The translations under genes were made by a program, and so were the position numbers. From Octopus bimaculoides (taxonomy: Eukaryota): 54,845 nucleotides of DNA. The notes under the pieces were generated by a model that had not been told where the DNA came from, ran no database searches, and saw only the letters and a program-made list of their open reading frames with translations. The stretch lies in NCBI RefSeq assembly GCF_001194135.2, contig NC_068983.1, forward strand, positions 130,009,238 through 130,064,082, written 5' to 3'. Of the stretch, positions 12,204-25,640 are shown piece by piece. The first letter of the stretch is position 1; every line of letters starts with the position of its first letter.

Positions 12204-13378
12204 TATTAGGTCGCCAAGTTTGAAATTTGTAGTACCTATATGGTAAAATTGACAGCTTCTCATTTTGTGCGATTATTATATATTGACAATCTTTAATTTT
12301 TGTTAGAAAGTTAACACATCTATTTCTTTATTCTAATTCATTTTGCGCTTTATGAAATAAATATAAATCGTTTCTTGCTATTTTTGTTTAGTGAAGGATA
12401 GGTCGGAAATTCGTACAGTTTTGTTATATGAGTTTTTCTGGCAAATACAGCATCACGGGCAGCTCGGAATATTAATGGAGCATTTCATTTTAATGTTATT
12501 ACACAGTAGACAGTATCAAATTCGTTTTCAAAATATCATTCTGGTTACTTTCATCTCACAAAAGAGCAACGCGGTCGACCAAAAACAAAGGCGGAGAATG
12601 ACGAACTGAAAGGCAACGTCGAGCCATGTCAATGTACCCGTGAATTATCGTTGCTGTTTGGTGTCAGCAAGAAAACAGTATTGAATCACTTTGTTTAATT
12701 CGGTAAAGTGAAGAAGTTGGATAAGTGGGTTCCACATGAATTCAATGAAAATCAGAAACAGCAACGTTTGGAAGCTTGCATTATGATACTTACTCGCCAC
12801 AAATATGAACCATTTTTGAATCGAATTGTAATATGTGATGATAAATGGATCTCATACAACAACCGAAAACATTCAGCAGAATATGTGGACAAAGACGAGC
12901 CACCAAAACACAGACCAAAAAGCAAAATTCATCAAGAGAAGCTTGTGGTGAGATTTTGGTAGCCTGATGTAGGTGTGATCCATTATCATTTCCTCAAACC
13001 TGACTCATCAATCACAGCCGAAGTATACTGCAGCCAACTGATCCAAAAGATGCAGAAACCTGCAAAACAACAGCCTAGATAAGTCAACAGATCCACACCA
13101 TATTTCATTTGATCTTGCCCCACTGACTACCACTTCTTCCAGGATTTGGGTGACGTTTATATAGGAAATAAATGTAATTCTGACGATGCTGTAAAACAAG
13201 ACTTCCAATATTTTATTGACTCTAAATTGCCAGGCTTTTACAGTTCCGCGTTTGACAAGATACCGTTGAAATGGCAAACGTGTATTGACAGTATGGGTGC
13301 ATACTTTGATGAATAAAACCGTTACATATATTTATAAAGCTTTAACAAACTACAATTTTCATACTTGACGACATAATG
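12204..13378 (+). mobile_element. Near full-length mariner element (Hsmar1/cecropia-like D,D34D family); transposase is a pseudogene
   Basis: The TIRs TTAGGTCGCCAAGTTTGAAATTTGTAGT and TTATGTCGTCAAGTATGAAAATTGTAGT match at 24/28, with TA flanks. Motifs: KWVPHEFNENQK, RIVICDDKWISYNN, DLAPTDYHFF, WQTCIDSMGAYFDE*. There are stops, frameshifts and a deletion of the HDNARPH segment. Confidence 0.95.
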
Positions 13379-13822
13379 TATTATCAATTGGTCAATAACA
13401 CACATTTGATGTAAGGTATTATTGAATTCGTTTGCAAATTCATTAGACGCTATACATGATTTAGTAAGTTCAAGTGACCTCGCGTTTATAATATTGTAGC
13501 ATAACCCAGAATCTCGTGATCATAGGTTGAATAGATGGACCGCATGTTCGTAGGGTTCTTGAGGAAAATATGTTTCTTTGCTTTGCTTTTCTCTGCGAGC
13601 ACTTCGCCATCTAACGTGTGGCATCCCGTGAACCAGCACAGATAAAACCGATTTGATGGAGGGAGTTAGAAAGTATTTATACGCATAATCATATGTCTTC
13701 GTTATACTATACACGTTTATGCATTTGTGCTAGAAATGGTTTGTAGTTTTCTCCTATCTCTCTCACTCTCTGTCAGTGTTTCTCTCTGCTACACATTCCC
13801 ACATCATATATATATATATATA

Positions 13823-13886
<64 letters not shown>

Positions 13887-15475
13887 GTGTGTGTGTGTGT
13901 GAGTGTGTGTGTGTGTAAAAGAGGACAACAAGCGTTAAAGCAAGTCGAACATCTCAAGTAAAATATTTTATCATTATTGTAAAAAAAATAGTCTTACATC
14001 TATTTGTGGGGTATTAGGGATATGTCTTCATCAGAAACGATATGAGAGAGTTAACTAGATGATGATTGAAGAGTTCAATTGAAGGAGTTATTTTGGAAAA
14101 GGATGGATATAGGAAGCATAATGGGAAATAAGAGAGGATGTTACAGTTGCAGTTCCATTATCAAACGTTTTGTGCAAAATGAGTAGAAATGTTTCTTGTA
14201 AATGGTACGGAGACTTTGTTAGTTCATATTTTGTTATTACGAGTGGATATCAATCTTTTCTACATATATACATANNNNNNNNNNNNNNNNNNNNNNNNNN
14301 NNNNNNNNNNNNNNNNNNNNNNNNNNNNNNNNNNNNNNNNNNNNNNNNNNNNNNNNNNNNNNNNNNNNNNNNNNNNNNNNNNNNNNNNNNNNNNNNNNNN
14401 NNNNNNNNNNNNNNNNNNNNNNNNNNNNNNNNNNNNNNNNNNNNNNNNNNNNNNNNNNNNNNNNNNNNNNNNNNNNNNNNNNNNNNNNNNNNNNNNNNNN
14501 NNNNNNNNNNNNNNNNNNNNNNNNNNNNNNNNNNNNNNNNNNNNNNNNNNNNNNNNNNNNNNNNNNNNNNNNNNNNNNNNNNNNNNNNNNNNNNNNNNNN
14601 NNNNNNNNNNNNNNNNNNNNNNNNNNNNNNNNNNNNNNNNNNNNNNNNNNNNNNNNNNNNNNNNNNNNNNNNNNNNNNNNNNNNNNNNATATATATTAGA
14701 GCTATATTGAACATTTTAAATATATTAATATTTTTAAAACTAAAAACATACTATTTAGTAGCTACTTTATAATTAAAATATTAACTCAAACAATGAATTT
14801 AAAGCTAACTGTCAGCAGAAAACACAACTCGTTGAATAGCCCTATAAAAAATATTTTTCAATTACAAGAGTTTAAGAACTACTAAGAGATTTGAAATAGT
14901 ATTCAAGAGAAATACCTTTTTTGCCCTTCTTATTGATGAAAATTGGCACCCTGTAATTCACTGATATATCCACCAAAAAGCTGGTCTTCTGCAAATTTCA
15001 AAGAAGGGACGTTCAACTGGTACCTTTATTGCAGGGTTGTGGCTTATGGAAAGGCGATGTGGTATTTTCTGGAGAGAGTGGAACTCTTCCTAATTAAAGT
15101 TTTTTTGTTTGGTGGGGTAGTACACTATGCAAAAATATTCTTCTTGGCTTGAAGGTAGTGTTCATATGGTATGCAATGTCAGGGGAGTTAAACCCCTCAA
15201 TATACCCATTCCGTACATATATGGGAGTATATAAAAATTTGTAATTGGAAAAACATTCTTAATGTTGCTATGGAATTTTTTTTACATAATAGATAGCATT
15301 AAATCTATTATTTGAGTTTTTTTTTTTAATTAGAGAGTAGGTAATAAAATCTATTATTTGTAATCCTTAGATATAAATATACTTTTAAATTTTAACTATA
15401 ACTGCAATGTTTTATGTATAAATACATTTCTCTTCTACTTTTCCAGATGTAATAACTAGTTTTGTACTTTTCCAG

Positions 15476-15549
15476 GTTGAATATCTTGAGAATAGTAAAC
15501 TCCATGTGTCCACATGTTTTCATTGTAATCAACTTTATTCCAGACAATG
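15476..15549 (+). CDS. Candidate exon (VEYLENSKLHVSTCFHCNQLYSRQ)
   Basis: tactttttccag acceptor, TG|gtatta donor and an open frame with CxxC. No homology recognised. Confidence 0.12.
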
Positions 15550-16424
15550 GTATTAAACTAATAAATAATGAAAATTAATAATTCATAATTCTACCTGGTT
15601 AATTTTTTTTTTATTCTATCTAATACTTTCTTTAAATCATTTTAAATTTTCTTTTGAATGATGGAATTAAAATGAGAATAATTATTAATCTAAATATATA
15701 ACAAATAAATTGTAAGTGGCCTTTAGTTACACTGGCTCTTGATAAAATCAAAAAAAATAACTACGATAAGAAAATGAAGGAATGCATCCACCATACGCCA
15801 CGTGAAGCCATGTTCCCATGCAAGGGCAACCACCACCTTTGTAGAGAAACTTATTAGGATAAATTAATAGAAATAGATATATTCTAGAAAGCTGGTGCGT
15901 ATTTACAACTTGATGTTGGACTTCAAGCAGTGTTGATTGAAAACATATTAAATAAGTTGTAGATAAGTGTTAGTTTGTTACATCATCTAAAAAAAATAAT
16001 AAAAAGGAAAATTGGTGAATGGTGAATCTGCAAATTTTTCATTGTAGCAGCCAAAAAACGCAAGTTGTTGTGACTGTAAATGCTAAATATTGATTGAAAC
16101 TACTTAAGTACAAGATATAAACAATCAATATATTAGTCAATCAAACAGTCATTCAAACTAAATAGTTAATTAATTATGAAGATTATAATTGTAAGTTTAA
16201 TTAAGTTTTCGATCATTAATTAGCACCTAAAAGAAGCAGGAAAAAAAGAAATGCTGTTATTTCATTCAAACCATTCATACATTTTTGGTTTATCTATTTA
16301 TTTTCAGCACGCACATGAACCTTTTTTTGTTTCTTTTTTAATTGTTTTATTGCTTTTTCAGCTTTGTGGTGATTTTAGAGTTAAGAAAATATAGCATAAT
16401 TCTCAAGCAAAAATTAGACTTTTT

Positions 16425-16503
16425 GTTAAGTAGGTCGCAAGGAATCGAACTCCTGACCTTACGACCGTGAGCCGAATACCCTTAGCACTAAGCGCCACAT
16501 ACC
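16425..16503 (-). mobile_element. SINE tRNA-like head (head B), truncated
   Basis: The reverse complement reads GTGGCGCTTAGTGCTAAGGGTATTCGGCTCACGGTCGTAAGGTCAGGAGTTCGATTCC, with A and B boxes but no acceptor stem. Confidence 0.7.
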
Positions 16504-16904
16504 TTCATATATATATTTTATATTTGTTTATAAATAAAAAAGCAATCGATTAAGCGTCACTTATTTTTGTTTTGTTACTTTTTTCTACAAATATATATAT
16601 AGTTTACATAATCCTTTCTACTGTAGGCGCAAAGCCTAGTGCTATTTGGTTTTTTGCGAGGCAGCGAGTAAAATATTAGCAAATAGAATCATATGCTTTC
16701 ACTATAGATTCACTGTGGACAAAATCTAATATTATGGCATAGAAACATTTAGCAGAAAAAATGTGTCATTAAAATGCGCGGACATCGAAACTAAAAGGTG
16801 AGTTTGGTTCCCACGCGTGCTAATACCTGTTTTACTTTTCCGTTATGTGAATCTCTTATACTCTAATATTAAACTATTTTGAATTGTCACTATACAGCAA
16901 AAGT

Positions 16905-17095
16905 AAGGTCGCTACCTAGCAGAATCGTTAGCACGTCTGACAAAATGCTAAGTGGCATTTCCTGCGTCTTTGCATGCTCTAGTTCAAATTCCATTAAAGT
17001 TGACTTTACCTTTAGAGGTCAATAAAATAAGCACCAGTTGAGCACTCGGGTCTATGTAATCTGGAAACTGCTGGACTTATACCAAAACTTGAAAC
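16905..17095 (+). mobile_element. SINE family D copy
   Basis: GCAGAATCGTTAGCACG..AGTTCAAATTCC..ATAAGCACCAGTTGAGCACTCGGGTCTATGTAATC aligns with the other copies. Confidence 0.8.
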
Positions 17096-17766
17096 TAATA
17101 TACGATAAAAGCTTTTAATTCTGTTTTCTAAATATACATTCGTCTCGTAACCAAATTTAATCACAACGCAGTGTTAAATGACTATTGTAGAAAATATTTA
17201 GCTCAAGGTTCTGCACGCCCAATGTAAATGATCCCGTGTTACTTAATCGCAGACCTATGAGTATGTGTTTGTGTGTGTCAGTGTGTTTTTGTATGTGTGT
17301 GCGCATTTCTGTGCGCAATGCGTATCTGTGTATATGTGCGTGCGTGCGTATTTGTCATTTACTTAATTTCGTCTACCGTTTCTTAGTTCATTAGACATAC
17401 ATCAAGTTCAATCAGTTTTGATATTTTTGTTTTATTCTTTTAATTTTTTTGTTAACAGTGTCATGCAAACGTTTGTATGAACTAGTTTACCTTTTGTGCA
17501 GAATTGGGGAATGCCATATTTGCCACAAAAAATAATTAAGCTTTTACTTACTATTTAACATTAAAAAAAATTGTAAAGCACATCTTATTTAGTATGAATG
17601 ATATATTTCTTATTTAGTGACTAATGTCACCAAGTTCTATAATTAAATTCGTAGTTTCATTGTTTCATTCTACATGGAATCGGCACAATGTCAGACTATT
17701 TTGAAATACACCGTTGTATTTTTCTGACAGCTTTTCAAACTACTTCAAAGGAATAAAAACACTTAC

Positions 17767-17885
17767 ATGTTCTGTACAATTTCATGACTTGTTATGAAAC
17801 GTCATTTCTCTTCCGTTACTAGATAATAACAAGATAATCCATTAACTTCACGAGTGGTATTAATACCGTCACAGTTAATGGAAAC
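17767..17885 (-). other. Candidate 119-nt exon with strong splice sites; every frame contains a stop
   Basis: ctttttcctccctgcag acceptor and CAT|gtaagt donor. The two longest frames give VSINCDGINTTREVNGLSCYYLVTEEK* and FPLTVTVLIPLVKLMDYLVII*. Confidence 0.22.
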
Positions 17886-18717
17886 CTGCAGGGAGGAAAA
17901 AGCTGAATTTTAACAAACTTCCGCGAATAAAATACTTTATTGTACTATGAATTTTGTGTAATAATGTAAAGATTTTATTTATTTATGCAATATAAATACA
18001 AGTTTGTTCTTTTTTTTCTATACAATTGGAGCGTCATTATTGTAAAGACAGCCAAACGGGGAGGAAGGAAGGAATTATGTACACGCCGTGTTCGAAATGT
18101 CTTCTTTATTTCACATCTAGTTACAAAAATCATCCAGTGTTATATACTAATTCCTCTTGCGAATGAATTTAACGTTTATCATTCTCTATAACTTCCACTT
18201 ACTTATATATTATGTAAAGATACGTCTATCGACTGATCAACGAAACGAATCATCTCCGCCAAGTGATAGAGATGGACGACTGTCATAGCAGTTGTTATAA
18301 ATGTCTAAATTTTGTTTGGCTTTGATATAATGTTCATCGTGCCTCTTACAGATAATGCACTCTTCATGTAAGTTTTTGCCATGGACGCTTCTAAAACCAT
18401 TTACCCTTTAATACACAGATAGCTTAGATAAGATTGCGAGAGACTATGATAAATTAACATGTTATTTGTACGTAAACAACAACAGTATTTATCTCAAATA
18501 ATGCAGAAAAGTTTTCCGACAAGTTACACACCATAATATAGGAAGAAACTAAATTAATGCTTCATATTGTAGCCCATAGCATATCTTGGGAATCGAAACC
18601 GGAGACTATTGCATGTATATCAATGGAATCTTTGTTTCAAATAACATTGGTACAGAGGAAATTACCCAAATTTCACACAAGGTTCTCAAATCAAGCAGTA
18701 TATATTCATCGTACATT

Positions 18718-18771
<54 letters not shown>

Positions 18772-19740
18772 TCGTATATAACGTAGTCGCTGATATATAG
18801 GTAAATAAGTGTTTGTAACGACTCAGTTACTTAGATAATACTCTGAATGTTGAAAATCACGACACGTGAGCAGAATCACGTTACCAAAGACTGCAGGCTA
18901 TTTGTGTTCATATATCTGCAAGGTATACTAGACATCTCGCTGATAGATAAAATATAGACTGAAGCTGACAAAGGATTGACACTTGCCTTTTATTTCTTCG
19001 TTTATTTGTATTCTACTGCAAAGTGTGTATTGATTTAAGATAGAGAAATCTGTAATATTAATGCATAAAATAGTATAAACCAATAACTGATAGATTAATT
19101 AAAAGCTTATGCTGAATCAGTTAGCGGCGCTTTTCGCATATTTGCTTAGTAACCGTTATTATAATTTATCACTTATGGCTTTCGATGAGGTATTCAGTCA
19201 TTAAATACAGAACACATATGCGATATGAATGGGATGCAATTTAATTTACGAAATATAGAATCCAATTGTACATTGTATGTGTGGTATTGATACTACCATG
19301 CTATACACCATTTCATATATATTAATGGTTATATAAAGGTTAAATGAATATATCTGTGTTTATTGTTTAATATTGCTTGTTGAAAGGGGAAAAAACTATT
19401 ATTTGAGTTTGCATATTCATTAACTTGTTGTTTGTTTAATTAATGCATATTTTAATGTTAATAACGGTTTTGTTAAACGTTAGTTTTCTTCAGTTTTAAA
19501 ATATATTATGAAGTGAACGTATTTGTACGCGGCTTTTATATCACAAATCAATGGTGCAGAAGAGCAATGGGAAATATAATGGCTTCAATGAGGCAGTTAA
19601 TTAAGATTCTGGAATGTTGTATATTTTCTCTTAAACGGTGACCTCTTCTTAAAATGTTTATTCTATATAATTTATTGCAATTTTCGGTCCAGAGTTAAAC
19701 TATAGAAAATACTTAAAATATGAAAAAAGTGATGCTTTAT

Positions 19741-19783
19741 CTATACAAGGAAGATTAGGTTACATCTATATTCCAGACAAAAA
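19741..19783 (-). CDS. Candidate terminal coding exon (FCLEYRCNLIFLV*)
   Basis: gtttctgtttttatatacacag acceptor, a C-x4-C-N motif, and AATAAA downstream at 19671-19676 and 19657-19662. Confidence 0.15.
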
Positions 19784-20837
19784 CTGTGTATATAAAAACA
19801 GAAACACTAAAAGTATTATTTTTGCGGCAATAACGTGTTATTTTGTCGTTCAAATCCCTGCAATATTCCAGAATATACGTACATCTACGTACATTTCTGA
19901 ATCACACGAATGTCAAAATGCATTCAAGTATTCTTTCCGGTTGAATTTGTTAAAACATATTATTATCTCCTACCGTGCTTTTCAAATTCAATACATTTAA
20001 CTACAATCTCCTTAAATGTTGCTCAATGTCTAACTTTATAATAGTTATAGGAGCAGTGATCCCCAATCAGGGGTCCATGATCTGCATTCATCATCATAAT
20101 TGGTTGCAGTATAAAATATATAAATACTCACTATGCAGAAGGCTAAAAGCTTATGTACATTTAGCACCAAGTCGACATAGTCGGTGTCATTGCAACATCT
20201 TACAGTGTTCTAGACATGCTGTGAACTTTGTTTATTATATTCCCTAAGATTCTCGCTTGTAGTACAGAGCTATGAATGGTACACCAACTGTGGAAATTGT
20301 TGATATGACTATTATATATTCAAGTGGAGTATATCATTTCGTTATGTGCCTTCTCAACAAGGAACTATATACTAGCAACTTTATTGCAAAGAACTGTGAG
20401 ACAAAGTATCAAATAATATTTTGACCAACACTAATTTAAGTGATCTATATTTCAACGTGACACATTTAGTTACTCTATATGACGCACACATGTTTATGAA
20501 TTTCACACTTCAAAATTGTTACATCTATAACAGAGAATTTGTTTCTACATATCTAAGCATATACCCTCCTGGTAAATATCAAGGGCAGTTTAAGAGGGAG
20601 CTCATTAAAATTGAAATAAAAGACATTTTTTTTCTTTTTCGTTTTAGAATTATTCCTACATTCAGAATATTTTCAAATAATCTACACTGTTGCAGTTTAG
20701 TAAGCCAACGTCGAAATTGGATTAATGTGACAAAAATTTCTAAGGCTTTAAATTTTGAAATTCTAACCTATTTAAATCCGCCGTTACTGATACGCAGCAG
20801 GTCGCACATTTTTACTAGACAAACATTAAAACTGGAT

Positions 20838-21037
20838 TCCAATGTTTGCACAAGATCAGCAATGTCATGGAAGTGGCTAAGACGATTACATCTATCCCAG
20901 TGCTGAACTGGTACCTATTTCCTCAACCCTTAAGTGATGAAAGGAAGAATCAATATCGGGGCATTGAAGTCAGAAACCAAGGACCAACAAAATACCGCTA
21001 AACGTTCTGTCCGACTTGCTAACGAGTTTGCCTGCTT
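20838..21037 (-). mobile_element. SINE family D, copy 1 of a head-to-tail trimer
   Basis: CGATTACATCTATCCCAGTGCTGAACTGGTAC..GCTAACGAGTTTGCCTGCT aligns with the family. Confidence 0.75.
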
Positions 21038-21245
21038 TCAAATTTTGTTGCAAGGCCAGTGATATTGGGGCGGGCATAGATCTATTATATGGATTCCAGT
21101 GCTCAACGAGTACTTAATTTCTTAACCTTGAAAGGATGAAATGTAGAGTCGACCTCGGCAGAATGTGACCTCAGAAGATGTCATCCGACGAAATATTGCT
21201 AAGTATTTTGCCCGCTGTGTTCCCGACTTTGCCAGCTCGCCGCCT
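21038..21245 (-). mobile_element. SINE family D, copy 2 of the trimer
   Basis: AGAGTCGACCTCGGCAGAA..TTTGCCAGCTCGCCGCCT at the head end. Confidence 0.85.
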
Positions 21246-21259
21246 TCTCGAACCGTTAA

Positions 21260-21470
21260 GATAGGTTTCTAATTTTGGCACAAGGCTAGGAGTTTGGTGG
21301 GAAGGAACTGTTGATTACGTCCACTAATTGTTCAACTGGTACTTGTTTTATCAACACCGAAATAATGAAAAGTAAAATCAACCTCACCGAAATTTGAACT
21401 CGAAATTTACACACGGAAGAAATGCCATTAAGCGTTTTATCCGGCTCTCTAACCATTCTGAGCAGCTCTT
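21260..21470 (-). mobile_element. SINE family D, copy 3 of the trimer
   Basis: TTTTGGCACAAGGC tail, ACTGGTACTTGTTTTATC, GAAATTTGAACTC (B box) and CTAACCATTCTG. Confidence 0.8.
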
Positions 21471-22051
21471 TATATTTCCATTAAAACGTACACCGCGAAT
21501 GCCAGAGCAAAAAAACACAGCAAATGCCACCGATAAGAAAACTGCCTGTTTCAACGCTTGATATGTTGTTTACAATAGCAATTAATGTTACATAACATAC
21601 AGCAGTAAATGAATTATTTCTGCTTTGTGTCAAAGTTATTGTCTCAGCAATGCCTGGAGACACCGTAGCAAAGAATGTCTATGATTTAGTTATCAAGAAA
21701 TACTGTTATACGCAGAATAGACGACGTGTCATATAACGCTAAAAACAATGAACGAAAAGTGTGCTTAAATTTAATACTATTACTTAGATTTCAACGAAAC
21801 TACGAATATTTCTAACTGTCACAATTTGCATAGACGAATGCAGTGTGCATATATTGGTATCCTTAACGACAGTGTTCTGCTTTACTCACCTTTGCCAGAA
21901 CACAACACCAGTGAGTGATCAAAATCCATACAAGCAGTAGTCATAGGCTTCATGTAATATGATAACATCTAGAAAATACAAAAAAACAATTATTCGAAGT
22001 CATTTTACAAATATTAGGTAAAATTATCGCCACAGACACAAAGAAGTATTA

Positions 22052-22398
22052 GCTGATCCGATCAATGGAACAGACTATTCGTGAAATGAATGTGCATGTG
22101 GTTACGCATTCTACAGACACGTATACCCTTAACGTAGTTCTCGGGAAAATTCAGCGTGACGCAGAGTATGACATGGCTGGACCTTTGAAATACAGGTACA
22201 AGAGAAACAGGAAAAAAGACTGAGAAGAAGTTGTGGTGAAAGAGTGCAGCAAGGGTCGTCACCACCCGCTGGCGGGCATTAGTGAAACTTTACGTGGTTT
22301 CACTCAATAATCACTCACAACGCCCGGTCTAGGAATCGAAACCGCGATCCTATGACCGCCAATCCGATGCCATTAACACTAGGCCATTGCACCTCCAC
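22052..22398 (-). mobile_element. tRNA-derived SINE (head A + body A + tail C)
   Basis: The reverse-complement head GTGGAGGTGCAATGGCCTAGTG..GGTTTCGATTCC matches the head at 5031 but continues into a different tail. Confidence 0.85.
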
Positions 22399-22499
22399 TA
22401 ATGAACGAAGTATCACGACCTTGACTATGCTTCTGCTCCATCTCTCTTGCCATTTCCTGTACTACTTAACATTTATCAACATTATAGCATGTGGTTCAC

Positions 22500-22566
22500 T
22501 GTATATACATACATATATGTATACATACACACATATACTTATATACATACATACACACACACACAC

Positions 22567-22658
<92 letters not shown>

Positions 22659-22670
22659 ATATATATGGGT
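22500..22670. repeat. Compound (TACA)/(CA)n/(TA)n/(GT)n microsatellite
   Basis: Read directly. Source of the poly-HT/IY/VC ORFs. Confidence 0.97.
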
Positions 22671-22844
22671 ATATGCATATTTGCGTAATCCGGGACAGAC
22701 CTATCATATACTACTTTGCTGTTGCTAACAAGAGAAATATTACGCATTATATACGTGTATATGAACAAATATGAGCGTGTATAGTGAACAAATGCGCGCG
22801 AGCACACACTCGCAAACACACACATCACTTATATACACAAATGC

Positions 22845-22876
<32 letters not shown>

Positions 22877-24076
22877 ATGCATGTGTGTGTGTATGAAAAA
22901 TACGTCTAAACCTCCACTGAAACTGCACTTGCAACAGAGCAATAGGAATTTACAAATACAGGTTTTTTCGCCGTATACACTTTGACACCAACTTACATCA
23001 ATGCACAAATATAATCACAAAGAAAGAAACATGTGCTAGTTTATTATTATATTAATAGCGGAAATATATATACCTTTATCTGTGAAAAATGAAAGATACA
23101 TTATTCTAAAGTATATATGAATCTAATAGATGCCCTATATGACACCGCGGGTGGGTTCATTCTCTGGTTTCATTTTATTTCTTAGATATTAACAATCTCC
23201 TCTACAATCTGGGATATAATGCCTTCCTTGTTAGCACGTTCAACTTAGCGCCCCCTTACTCCATACTTTTCTTTCTTTTGATATTTCCTGTTATATTCAG
23301 TGTGCACCTTATCGACTCTCATTACATCAGCAGCTCAAATTATTGATTTTATCCTTATTTCTTTTATTCTTCCAATTAACAAAACGAATAATATCACTTC
23401 ATACTCACGAACATTCCGTGTTCCAATTCTAATTATCGACTCTGAGGATGTCTTAATTAGCTGAAAGAAAAGTTACTGAAGCGAAAGCATAAAACTGTTC
23501 AGCACTAGCTACTTAACTTTTATTAGGGGTGTTGTCTGATTTGTTTTGCTACTACTTTTAACAAAGGGAGCCACAACCTAGATGTGGCAAATTTCCGTTT
23601 ACACATACGCAGCAAAAATATTATTTTAGTGCATACATACATACCCACAGACTTGCGCATAATCAGACTCACCGTCACATCCAAAAACATCTACCTATCT
23701 ATTTATGTACCTATCATTCTGTTTACCAATCTATCAATCTTGGTATCTATCTATCGATATATATATATATATANNNNNNNNNNNNNNNNNNNNNNNNNNN
23801 NNNNNNNNNNNNNNNNNNNNNNNNNNNNNNNNNNNNNNNNNNNNNNNNNNNNNNNNNNNNNNNNNNNNNNNNNNNNNNNNNNNNNNNNNNNNNNNNNNNN
23901 NNNNNNNNNNNNNNNNNNNNNNNNNNNNNNNNNNNNNNNNNNNNNNNNNNNNNNNNNNNNNNNNNNNNNNNNNNNNNNNNNNNNNNNNNNNNNNNNNNNN
24001 NNNNNNNNNNNNNNNNNNNNNNNNNNNNNNNNNNNNNNNNNNNNNNNNNNNNNNNNNNNNNNNNNNNNNNNNNNNN

Positions 24077-24107
<31 letters not shown>

Positions 24108-24140
24108 CATACATATATACACACACACATATATATGCAT

Positions 24141-24171
<31 letters not shown>

Positions 24172-24914
24172 GAAAGAAATGCATATGAGCTTGCATATGT
24201 GCATATGTGCATATGTAAGCATATATTTCCGGGGCGCGGCATTTAAAGAACGTGTGAATTGAAACCGGTAATATAGACTTACACATGTGGGCCCGTATTT
24301 GTAAATAGATATATGAGTGCACAGACAGAAACACTTATGAGTATGTCTATGTGCATATTTACGTGGCTTTGCATCTGAATGGACACTTATATATATATAC
24401 ATATAGAGATATATACATGAGTTTGTATAGGAAAGTATGTAAACAGCTTTATGCGTGAGTTTGTGCGTGAGCCAACCTACCGCTAGAACTAAATTAAAGT
24501 ACATATGTATATTTGTGTACGTTTGAGCGTCTGCGCCTAACCACCTTCTAAGTTACGGTGATATATGACTAACTGTGCAATCTGCTACGCAGCGAGTTGC
24601 TACATGACAGTCATCTGCCTCATAACAACCGTCTTGATAGTTTGTGGCCACATCAAATGATATTTTTCTGCCGAAGCGCGCGCGCGTCTATTTGGGTCAA
24701 TATATGTGTTCATGTCAACGAGTGTATAACCATCTTTCTTAATTTCAACTTATTTTGACCGTTTTATTCTCTATCCTTCATGACTTTAATTTACGTTATA
24801 TGGTCACTATCAACTATAGCTAGTTCAATTTGCGGTTTGCCTCGTTACTTCTTTCCTCAGTGCCTTAGAGTTATAACTGCCGTCTATATACAAACTATTT
24901 GTATATTTCATCAG

Positions 24915-24974
24915 AGTACCCACATTCAACGAGCGGCAACAACACGCCAAGGAAATCTCAATATATCTAGTAAG
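24915..24974 (+). CDS. Candidate symmetric 60-nt exon
   Basis: tttgtatatttcatcag acceptor and AAG|gtatct donor. Two frames are open (STHIQRAATTRQGNLNISSK or VPTFNERQQHAKEISIYLV). Confidence 0.15.
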
Positions 24975-25640
24975 GTATCTATTTTTTTTTTTACCCTAAG
25001 CACCTGAAGTGACACAGCCTACACTGATTGATGCGGCACAACTAGATGCTCAATATCCTAATCTAAAAGAACAGCTGCAGAATTAGTCCAAACGATCGTC
25101 ATGCCGAATAAAGATTCGTACTAAATCCATCTTCCGTTTCCCTCATCAGTTTCATTGGGAAACAGGTTTTTTTGTTGTCTGATACAGAAGGCATGATTCC
25201 TACTAATTCTGGGGTGTTGATTTCAAAAAGAAATCATTTTGCTCTATCACTTCAATATTTTTCACAAATTCAGATGTCCATTCTAAAACATTTCTGTTAT
25301 TATCAGTGTTTCTAAAAATAGATTTGACTTCATTAAAGGAGAACCCATGTATGGAGCTTGCCATAACTTTGAAGACATAATTTTCAATATCATGTCAAGT
25401 AAAAACAACTACAAAAGGCATGATTTTCGTATCTTCAGTAAATAAAAGTATGAAACTTAATAAACTTTTACTATTTTCAACGTAGCCAGTCTCAAATGTC
25501 ATGATTATGACAGAAATATGCTTTATGTAATTAGATGTCAAGAAATAACATATTTCTGTCCCGAGATGTGTAACTAAACATTTTCTATAAGTTGCCTGGT
25601 AAAGAATAAGAAATACTATTTGGTTTAAGTAAGCTTCTTA

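Noticed and set aside
12204-13378. Domesticated SETMAR-like gene
   Set aside because: There is no SET domain, both TIRs are present, and the frame has stops, frameshifts and a catalytic deletion.
15717-15850. KECIHHTPREAMFPCKGNHHLCRETY resembles a RING finger
   Set aside because: Several required zinc ligands are missing and the splice context is weak.
20055-20082. CAGTGATCCCCAATCAGGGGTCC resembles a hAT-MITE terminus
   Set aside because: I found no matching opposite end or 8-bp target-site duplication.
24574-24687. Cys-rich minus-strand frame (..DGCYEADDCHVATRCVADCT) as the middle exon of the Ly6-like model; includes a short (CG)n run
   Set aside because: The acceptor lacks a pyrimidine tract, the phase does not fit the 19783 exon, and the CG run is too short to mean much.
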